NCBI GenBank assembly: GCA_019057375.1
Contig: DXJF01000081.1
Location: 1 to 13,271 of the forward strand
Length of the DNA: 13,271 nucleotides
Direction: 5' to 3'
DNA from: Candidatus Heimdallarchaeota archaeon
Lineage (GTDB): Archaea; Asgardarchaeota; Heimdallarchaeia; Heimdallarchaeales; Heimdallarchaeaceae
A program made the translations under genes and the position numbers. Position 1 is the stretch's first letter. Each line of letters begins with the position of its first letter. The notes beneath the pieces are model-generated. The model ran no database searches and was not told where the DNA came from. It was given only the letters and a program-made list of their open reading frames with translations. Below, piece after piece: positions 6,291 to 13,271 of the stretch.

Positions 6291-8918
6291 CTAGGATTTT
6301 TTCTTCTTCCTAGTTACTAAATAACTCAACGAAATTACAGCTGTAATGATTATTCCAACTGTTGAGAAATCTGTTCTTGTGGGAGTTGGTTTTAAAGTAT
6401 CATCTACTGTAAAAGTAAAGGATATCTGAATTATTCCCCTTATACTATGTTGTACTTGAATTGCGACTGTATGAAGACCATCTGGTCCTGGAACTACTAT
6501 TTCATATGGAGTATCAAATGAAACAAAAGGTTCTGCGTCAATTTGATATTGGATCCAGTTTAAATCTGTTGGGTCAACATCAAAAGTAAGTACTGTATCT
6601 GAAAAAACTGTGTCACCATTTGAATGCGAAGTTAGTGAGACAATTTCGCTTATTTCCACACTACAAGAACCATCATATATTCCATCTACCCATTTGACAA
6701 CAAGGTAGTAGGTATCATCGCTTGGAACAGTAAATATTGTCGATTCATTAGCAACAACCCCTAGGATACATTCAGCTCTAATTATTGGGTCACCATATTC
6801 AGTTGGATCAGTGTCCATCAAGAACAAATCAGCATCTGTAAATGTCCCAACATTAAAATCTCCAAACATTCTGTAAATTTTATCAGCTTCAAGGTTGATT
6901 TGTCTTACAGCTACATGGGTACCATATTGTCGTCCTGAGAGAGTAATTACTTCAGTTATACCAACAGATAGCCACCTTGTAACAGCTTGGATGGCACCTT
7001 CCACAGAAACAAGTCCCCAACCTTCAGTAAAATCTTTACTATTACGATTGAGAAGAGGGAGTTGCGCTGTTGCGTCACCATCCCCATCATAGAGTTCTCC
7101 TCCTGTACTAATTGAACCTTCTATGTTGTAAACCTCACTTGTACTCATACAGATGATTTGCTTGATTTTCTTAGCAGTTTCCCAAGAGTAAGTATATGAT
7201 CCTTCTTCTTGTATCATAGCATCAACGACAAGTTGAACTAGTCCAGCAACAAATGGAGATGCCATCGAAGTACCTTGGAATCCTCGGTAATTATTGACAT
7301 AGTAATCAGTTCTAGGTGGATAAGATGTTTGAGTATTATAGGAATAAGCTTCATCTGCATCATTACTATCTGCTGCGATTATTGGCTGCAAAATAGCTGA
7401 ACTACCAGAACTAGCAAAACTACCTCCAGGAGCAACAACATCTGGTCGTAAGAAAGCCTGACTAATATGACCATTACTACTGTAATAAGCTATCTCACTA
7501 GCTTTATTCACAGCACCTACTGTTATCGCATCTGGACATGAACCTGGTGACATGACTCCTCCTGAAGATGTTCCATCATTCCCAGCTGAAACCACACAAA
7601 CTATTCCTTTGTTTCTGACTAATGAAGTTACTGCTGAATCAATTGATGAAACAATTGTAGGCCAGCCAATAGACATGTTTACAACAGTTACATTATACGA
7701 TTGACCATAATCAAACAGCCATTGAAGAGCATTTAAAAGAGAATTAGTTGGACCAATACCCATATCATCTAAAACTTTCAGACCAACTATATTACTTCCT
7801 GGGGCAACTCCTGTAAAACCTCCTCGACTGTCAGCGTATGGATTTGTCCAGCCTGTATTATAAACAACTTCTCCTGAGAAATAGTTACCTCCAGCTCCTA
7901 CTCCATTTCCATACATTGCACAATACCATCCAGGTGTTGTAAATGCGTAAGAGAATACTCCTGGTGATGTACTATCTGGAGTACTATAACTACTTGCTAC
8001 CCAGGCGGTTGTAGAATCTTTAAATCCTGCATAAGTAGATCCACTGCCTTCCCATGTATAATAAATTGTTACCGTTTGAGCTGAACTTAGGTAAAACCAA
8101 GTATATTGCCATGCCCATCCATTAGTACTATGAAGATAGCCTGAATCTTGTACCTTAATAATAGATGTGCTGCTAGAAGCGCCCTTAGAAGCAGTTATGC
8201 TAGCTACGTGAGTTCCATGCTCACCTTTATCTGTCGGTGTTGCATACTCATCTCCTGTTGCAATCTGATCCGCGCCAACAAAATCTTGCCAGTAAACCAC
8301 ATTGAAATTAGAGTCAGGATGAGTATCATCAATTCCTGTATCTAAAATAGCTATAGCTGTATCAGAATCTCCTGTGTATCCATACCCTTGTGTTGCCTGC
8401 CAAACTTTCCTCACGCCAAAATCCTCTGTTACATCAAATAAGAGAGCATGTCCTAATGCATTCTCTTCTAGATACAGTGAGGATCCTAAATCACGTATTT
8501 TGAGCAAATTCTCAGCAGTTCCTTTTACATGTAAAGCATAAATTATTGTATATTCCTGCAAGACTTCTATTCCATTCATTTTTAAAAACAATCTATCAGC
8601 TGGTGTAACTTTACCATTTAATGAGAGAATAGCTTCATAAACAGCTGAAGATTCACCTGTTACTAGTTTTTGCTTGAATGAATCTTGAAAATGATCTTTA
8701 TCTATATCTTGAGTATAATCAACTTTAACCAAATTATGATCTTGATCCATACTAGGTTTTTCGACCATCGTTATTTCATTGAGTGAAGAGATACCATTGG
8801 GAATTGCTGCAACTCCTGAGAATAAAGATAGATTCAAAACAAGGAAACTAAAAACGACAAACAATCCGACTTTTCTTCTATTAAACAACATAAAAACCCC
8901 GGTGTTTCTTATAGTCAT
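6291..8918 (-). CDS. S8 (subtilisin-like) serine protease, secreted and C-terminally membrane-anchored
   Basis: Signal peptide, propeptide, catalytic Asp193 (ILDTGID), His234 (HGTHVA), oxyanion Asn447 (SAGNDG) and Ser551 (GTSMASP). C-terminal beta domains, a T/P-rich linker, one TM helix and an RKKKKS tail. Alternative start at ATG 8891. Confidence 0.93.
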   Translation of the reverse strand: MTIRNTGVFMLFNRRKVGLFVVFSFLVLNLSLFSGVAAIPNGISSLNEITMVEKPSMDQDHNLVKVDYTQDIDKDHFQDSFKQKLVTGESSAVYEAILSLNGKVTPADRLFLKMNGIEVLQEYTIIYALHVKGTAENLLKIRDLGSSLYLEENALGHALLFDVTEDFGVRKVWQATQGYGYTGDSDTAIAILDTGIDDTHPDSNFNVVYWQDFVGADQIATGDEYATPTDKGEHGTHVASITASKGASSSTSIIKVQDSGYLHSTNGWAWQYTWFYLSSAQTVTIYYTWEGSGSTYAGFKDSTTAWVASSYSTPDSTSPGVFSYAFTTPGWYCAMYGNGVGAGGNYFSGEVVYNTGWTNPYADSRGGFTGVAPGSNIVGLKVLDDMGIGPTNSLLNALQWLFDYGQSYNVTVVNMSIGWPTIVSSIDSAVTSLVRNKGIVCVVSAGNDGTSSGGVMSPGSCPDAITVGAVNKASEIAYYSSNGHISQAFLRPDVVAPGGSFASSGSSAILQPIIAADSNDADEAYSYNTQTSYPPRTDYYVNNYRGFQGTSMASPFVAGLVQLVVDAMIQEEGSYTYSWETAKKIKQIICMSTSEVYNIEGSISTGGELYDGDGDATAQLPLLNRNSKDFTEGWGLVSVEGAIQAVTRWLSVGITEVITLSGRQYGTHVAVRQINLEADKIYRMFGDFNVGTFTDADLFLMDTDPTEYGDPIIRAECILGVVANESTIFTVPSDDTYYLVVKWVDGIYDGSCSVEISEIVSLTSHSNGDTVFSDTVLTFDVDPTDLNWIQYQIDAEPFVSFDTPYEIVVPGPDGLHTVAIQVQHSIRGIIQISFTFTVDDTLKPTPTRTDFSTVGIIITAVISLSYLVTRKKKKS

Positions 8919-9044
8919 TTCATAGTGGATTTCATTATTTATAGTTATTGTAAGCTATTGTTTCTTTCCTCAAAACTGTACTTCTGGCAGTTTCTTTTTT
9001 TTACTCTTTAATATACTAGACAGACAGAGATTATTGAAAGTAAT

Positions 9045-9413
9045 ATGACAGCTAAACTCTGGGGCGATACAAGAGAAACACAAGAGCTAGCCAAGAAAAA
9101 TCTCGAAAGACAACTAGAAAGACTTCTTCTTGAAAGAGGTTCTGTTAATTTTACTGATCTCTATGATGAGTTCTGGCATGACCACCATTTGCTAAATCAT
9201 TATCTTCAGATTTTTCTTAAAATTAAGGAGCTAGAAGAAGAAGGCAAAGTAATCATTGATGAAGAAAAGAATATTTCCCTTGCTAGAGTTTCTTTCTTAG
9301 ATGAATATGGCTTGAAAGAGGTTACTATCTGGGATTTAGAGCACAAGAAGGAAGATATTGAGGAAAAGAAGAAGATAATTGAACGATTTCAAAGAATCAA
9401 CTATCTCGCATAG
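9045..9413 (+). CDS. Hypothetical protein, possibly winged-helix fold
   Basis: 122-aa ORF with an upstream TTTAATATA box. The pattern LLLERGSVNFTDLY...IKELEEEGKVIID resembles a wHTH core, weakly. Confidence 0.6.
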   Translation: MTAKLWGDTRETQELAKKNLERQLERLLLERGSVNFTDLYDEFWHDHHLLNHYLQIFLKIKELEEEGKVIIDEEKNISLARVSFLDEYGLKEVTIWDLEHKKEDIEEKKKIIERFQRINYLA

Positions 9414-9502
9414 CTGTTTTAAAAAGCATATCTTTATTAGATATCATCGAGTATTTTTTTTAGTGTCTGGAAAGATTATAATTAGTTAGTCAGGGTGAAA
9501 CA

Positions 9503-10300
9503 ATGTCCAGTACAACTGTTTGGTCAGAGAAAAAGATGTCTGGAATCTTTTTCGGATTGTTTGGAATTTTAATAGTATCAGTTGGTTTGCAAATTTATAG
9601 TTATTCAGTCTTGTTTCCTATAATTGCTTTGGTTTATCTTGGTGAGATTACTAAATCACTTGCGTTTTTGCTCTTATTAGTGCCAATCTATCGAATCGGC
9701 GGATTCTATCCAGATGAAAAACAAACAGTAAATGCAGCGATAATTAGTTTAGTAATCACCTTAATTTTGGATAATGTTTTGCTCTATGCGGGTATTGGAG
9801 GGGTTAGTCTCATCGTTCTTGCTACTATTTATGGTGTCATTATGGGATTTGCATTTGTGATGGTTCATCGCTCTTTAAGCATCCCTCCTGATAGCTATGG
9901 CAATCCATTTTTCATCCTCTATGGTTGGCTCTTTCTTATAGCAGAAATCATAATTATCCTCGATGTCTTTGTTTTCATGTCAGGAATTAGGAATATTGCC
10001 ATACTAGTTGAAAAATATGTAAGTATTGGTTTGCTTGGGATCATGGCTTTCAAATTCTTATCTGATGCTATAAATAAACCGCTCTTACAAAAGAAAACAA
10101 AAACTTCTAAACCTAAAAAATCTGAAGTTTATCAAGGAGTTCAAAAGGAACAAGCTAGATATATACCCTCTGAGGAAGAGGTTCAAATCACAGCTCAAAA
10201 GGTTGAAGATGAAATAATTCTTAACTACTGTACATTCTGTGGGGCCCAAAACTTCGCACATGATAAGTTTTGCAAGAATTGTGGAAGAGAGATAAAATAA
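9503..10300 (+). CDS. Multi-pass membrane protein (about 6 TM) with a C-terminal zinc ribbon
   Basis: GGGTGA RBS. Hydrophobic helices over the first ~190 aa, a charged linker, then CTFCGAQNFAHDKFCKNCG. Confidence 0.8.
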   Translation: MSSTTVWSEKKMSGIFFGLFGILIVSVGLQIYSYSVLFPIIALVYLGEITKSLAFLLLLVPIYRIGGFYPDEKQTVNAAIISLVITLILDNVLLYAGIGGVSLIVLATIYGVIMGFAFVMVHRSLSIPPDSYGNPFFILYGWLFLIAEIIIILDVFVFMSGIRNIAILVEKYVSIGLLGIMAFKFLSDAINKPLLQKKTKTSKPKKSEVYQGVQKEQARYIPSEEEVQITAQKVEDEIILNYCTFCGAQNFAHDKFCKNCGREIK

Positions 10301-10321
10301 ATAGTCTAAGGTTTGGTGAAT

Positions 10322-10606
10322 ATGTCAAAGAAAAAAAAGAAGAAGGAAGTTCAGAAGAAACCTGAAGAGAGAAAACGTTTTGTTGTTTTAGATAAAAAAT
10401 CCTCTTTTGAAAAATCTGCTGAAGAATTTGGCGTCGAGCTCAAACAACCTACGAGATCTCAAGAAATAAGCTATTGTAGCAGATGTGGTTACGAGAATCT
10501 CCCAACTGATGAGAAATGTTTCAATTGTAGATCACCTTTACATTATTATACCGATGAGTTTTCTGAACTTGAAAAACTAGAAGAAGCGAAAAAGAAGTTT
10601 GAATGA
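10322..10606 (+). CDS. Small soluble zinc-ribbon protein with a Lys-rich N-terminus
   Basis: The GGTGA RBS at 10315-10319 supports ATG 10322 rather than GTG 10313. MSKKKKKKE...CSRCGYENLPTDEKCFNCRSPL. The 10322 start lies 21 nt after the previous stop, so the genes are probably co-transcribed. Confidence 0.75.
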   Translation: MSKKKKKKEVQKKPEERKRFVVLDKKSSFEKSAEEFGVELKQPTRSQEISYCSRCGYENLPTDEKCFNCRSPLHYYTDEFSELEKLEEAKKKFE

Positions 10607-10678
10607 TTGCTTTTTCATCTCATTAATTGAATTTTCTCCAAAGATTACATTTAAAAGTAGGTCGTTTTTTTATCAAAT

Positions 10679-11788
10679 ATGAATTTCAATCCAATACCAG
10701 ATTTACTTCTTCTAATTACTGTAGTAATCTGTTTTGGATTCACTATTTTCTCTTTCTTTAGAGCGACTAAATTAACAAGAAATAGTGCTTATCTGTACCT
10801 ATCTATAGGATTTGTTATTGCTTTTATTGGTTACTTGTTAACCGTAGTAACTATGTTCTTCGCAGAAGCTGATAATAAAAATAGTTTAGTTTTAACCTTA
10901 ATTATTATTATTAACATCTCGATAGTTGTTGCTTTCATAATTATTATAAATTCTCTGATTTTAATTAGAGAAGACAAATTACCAATTTTTTCTCACATAG
11001 CAGGAGTTTTAGCTGGTGCAGTTATGCTTGTTATTGTAAATATTGATTTAACAAACTTAAGCTATGATGAAGCTATACAATTTTGGATTGTAAAGTACAA
11101 CATGAATTTGGTATTACCTATTGGTATCCTTGTTTCAGTAATCTTTTTTATTTATTTCCTACTTTATCTCGCAAGGAAGTTTCAAAAATTCTTGAATCAT
11201 AAGAGATTTGACCACACTCTTCTTAGTTTTCTTCTTCTAGGTTTCTGGATGGCTCTCATCTATTTTGAGAATTTGAGAGTAATAAGACATTTTATCTTCC
11301 CAATTGCTATGTTGTTTTTTGGTTTAGCTGTCTTTTTTGATCCTCTCAACATGCTAGTGTCAAATAAATTACCTGATGAGATAATTCTGGTAACAGAAAA
11401 TAATCACCCAATTGTAAGATATCTTGTTTCAGAGAGAAGAATTGAAAAAAACCTAGATGAAATCAAGCTTTTTATTGCTGGAAAACGAATCATTTCTGAG
11501 AGCTTAAACTCAAACAAGAAATCAAAAGAGCTTATTCTTGAAGGAAAAGAAATCAAAATTATTAATTTCAAAAGATTCCACATTATAGCCATAGGTAACA
11601 AAATAGATCGCAATTCAGCAGCAGCTATTTATCTATCTTTCTGTAAGATTAATAAAACAACTAATCTGGATTATCTTCATTCTACTTCTGTTATGAACGA
11701 ACAAGATGAGAAACTATTCATTGAAACTTTTACTGAAAATCTAAGAAGAATAGATGCCACTAAGAGAAAAAATAGCAGAAAGCGCTGA
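10679..11788 (+). CDS. 7-TM membrane protein fused to a C-terminal longin-like cytoplasmic domain
   Basis: Seven hydrophobic segments in aa ~5-222. The ~135-aa soluble tail has a by-eye beta-beta-alpha-beta-beta-beta-alpha-alpha pattern. The CDS is certain; the fold call is inferred. Confidence 0.7.
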   Translation: MNFNPIPDLLLLITVVICFGFTIFSFFRATKLTRNSAYLYLSIGFVIAFIGYLLTVVTMFFAEADNKNSLVLTLIIIINISIVVAFIIIINSLILIREDKLPIFSHIAGVLAGAVMLVIVNIDLTNLSYDEAIQFWIVKYNMNLVLPIGILVSVIFFIYFLLYLARKFQKFLNHKRFDHTLLSFLLLGFWMALIYFENLRVIRHFIFPIAMLFFGLAVFFDPLNMLVSNKLPDEIILVTENNHPIVRYLVSERRIEKNLDEIKLFIAGKRIISESLNSNKKSKELILEGKEIKIINFKRFHIIAIGNKIDRNSAAAIYLSFCKINKTTNLDYLHSTSVMNEQDEKLFIETFTENLRRIDATKRKNSRKR

Positions 11789-11852
11789 AATAAAAAGTGA
11801 TTGTTATTTATTTGGTTTAACTTAACAATATTTTAAATATACTCAAAGCTTA

Positions 11853-13022
11853 ATGTTCTTAATGAAACAATCCAATATCAATTTTACTTCATTGATACTG
11901 CTTTTAATGCTAGCAGCCATTGTTCCTATTATTCTAACAATTGATTATCCAGATAAAGCAATTTTGATCCTTTCTGATGATGATTTTAACAATTACGATT
12001 TCTCTGGATCTGGAACAGCTGAAGACCCATTTTTAATTGAAGATTTAAAAATCACTAAAGAACCCAAAAATGAGTATATGTATGCAATTAAGATATTCAA
12101 CACAGCTAAGCACTTTGTGATTCAGAATTGTAGATTAGAAGAATACCATGGAGGAATATCCTTAAATCAGAATGCAAATGGAACAGTGAAAATAATTAAC
12201 AACTATATTTACAAATGTGATAACTTTGAGGGATTAAGCGTTCATGATTCAAATCTAGTTACTGTTGTTAATAACACAATAATACAATCTGAATTTGCAG
12301 TATCGTTAAGCAGAAGTGATAATTCAACTATCTGTAATAATACAATTTATCGTAACTATGTGGGTGTAAATTTAGTTAATTCACATTTTGTAGATGTTAG
12401 CAAAAACAACTGTAGTGAAAATCGTTGGGGACTTGTTAACAGCTATTCTAATAATACTAGTATTATAGGTAATCATTTCTTTAGAAGTTCGAGTTGGTGG
12501 GAAGTTGATCCTTATAATAACGGTATTGGTATAGAAATTATCAGAGGTTATCATTTGAAAATACTAAACAATACAATTTCAGAGAACAATAGGTTCGGTA
12601 TCTCTGCATCTAACCTTCATTTAAGCACAATTTCTTTCAATAACATTAGTTACAACCACATAGCCATAAATTACGGGTATGGAATTAATTTGGTTGATTC
12701 AAACAATAATAGTATAACTTACAATTTAATCCAAGAAAACCGAAAGTATGGAATCTATCTTGAACATTCGAGAGACAATATTATTCATCACAATGCTTTC
12801 ATACAAAACGGTAACCAAGTCACCGAAAATGCGTTTTCATTTGATAATTCAAACAACACCTGGTATGAGATAACAACTATGAAAGGCAATTACTGGGAAG
12901 GGTGGAATACAAGTATTCCTTATGCAATTCAGGGAGAAATAACAGAAGATTCTTATCCACTTGAAGAAAATCCAGTTGAATTAGAGCTTTATTTCATGGT
13001 TGATGAAAAATTATCTTACTGA
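11853..13022 (+). CDS. Secreted right-handed parallel beta-helix (NosD/CASH-type) protein
   Basis: N-terminal signal/anchor and cap motif ILSDDDF...GSGTAEDPFLIE. Many N/I-rich repeats (I-x2-N-x-I-x2-N-x3-GI-x-L) and the C-cap IIHHNAFIQN...GNYWEGW...D-x-YPL. Confidence 0.88.
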   Translation: MFLMKQSNINFTSLILLLMLAAIVPIILTIDYPDKAILILSDDDFNNYDFSGSGTAEDPFLIEDLKITKEPKNEYMYAIKIFNTAKHFVIQNCRLEEYHGGISLNQNANGTVKIINNYIYKCDNFEGLSVHDSNLVTVVNNTIIQSEFAVSLSRSDNSTICNNTIYRNYVGVNLVNSHFVDVSKNNCSENRWGLVNSYSNNTSIIGNHFFRSSSWWEVDPYNNGIGIEIIRGYHLKILNNTISENNRFGISASNLHLSTISFNNISYNHIAINYGYGINLVDSNNNSITYNLIQENRKYGIYLEHSRDNIIHHNAFIQNGNQVTENAFSFDNSNNTWYEITTMKGNYWEGWNTSIPYAIQGEITEDSYPLEENPVELELYFMVDEKLSY

Positions 13023-13074
13023 AATTAACTCTATCATTTTTTAAATCTCAAGAACCAACCACGCGATTGATGAC

Positions 13075-13122
13075 AAGAAAATCTTACCACACAAAAAATA
13101 TTATACGTGGTAAGATTTTCTT
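13075..13122. repeat. Perfect 16-bp inverted repeat with a 16-nt loop, followed by a T tract
   Basis: AAGAAAATCTTACCAC (13075-13090) and GTGGTAAGATTTTCTT (13107-13122), then CATTTTTTATTTTTTTCT. Confidence 0.85.
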
Positions 13123-13177
13123 CATTTTTTATTTTTTTCTGGAATAAATTTTAAAGCTTCAAAAAAAGACAGAGCTA

Positions 13178-13270
13178 TTATTGTCTTGAAAGTTGACTAG
13201 AAAATCGGAAAGGACTAGATGTGATATCTAATGGGGTTAATGTTTGATACTCTCTCAAATATGCAGATAA
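13178..13270 (-). CDS. Possible 3' end of a convergent gene entering from the right window edge
   Basis: A minus-strand frame is open from the edge (LSAYLREYQTLTPLDITSSPFRFSSQLSRQ), ending TAA TAG and followed by a T7 tract. Too short to verify. Confidence 0.3.
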   Translation of the reverse strand, partial: LSAYLREYQTLTPLDITSSPFRFSSQLSRQ

Positions 13271-13271
13271 G

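Noticed and set aside
6895-7092. 65-aa plus-strand ORF in the track
   Set aside because: Antisense shadow inside the S8 protease.
8148-8345. 65-aa plus-strand Cys-containing ORF in the track
   Set aside because: Antisense to the protease catalytic Asp/His region; the Cys residues form no recognisable pattern.
11404-11613. 69-aa minus-strand ORF in the track
   Set aside because: Antisense shadow inside the 7TM-longin-like gene.
12180-12830. Asn/Ile periodicity as a DNA tandem repeat
   Set aside because: The repetition is at the protein level (beta-helix coils); no nucleotide-level tandem repeat is evident.

Overview
AT-rich archaeal chromosomal segment with TATA boxes about 25 nt upstream of starts, GGTGA/GAGG ribosome-binding sites and oligo-T terminators. 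The gene families suggest Asgard archaea, probably Heimdallarchaeia-like (inference from the DUF1624-like membrane protein, NosD-type beta-helix, CTERM-anchored subtilase and 7TM-longin-like fusion). The left part (1-4785) is a redox cluster. It has a 5'-truncated QueG/reductive-dehalogenase-like 2x[4Fe-4S] protein, three flavodoxin-fold/iron-sulfur-flavoprotein-like genes, and a winged-HTH regulator with two matching palindromic operators. It also has two convergent small 2-TM genes (one with an in-frame TGA) and a 51-aa CxxC-x17-CxxC zinc-finger gene; the TGA-interrupted gene and the zinc-finger gene are missing from the ORF track. The middle (minus strand) encodes a DUF1624/HGSNAT-like membrane acyltransferase and a large membrane-anchored S8 protease. 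The right part has a small wHTH-like protein, two zinc-ribbon proteins, a 7-TM protein fused to a longin-like cytoplasmic domain (the most interesting candidate), a secreted parallel beta-helix protein and a perfect 16-bp inverted repeat. No rRNA, tRNA, CRISPR array or transposase was recognised.
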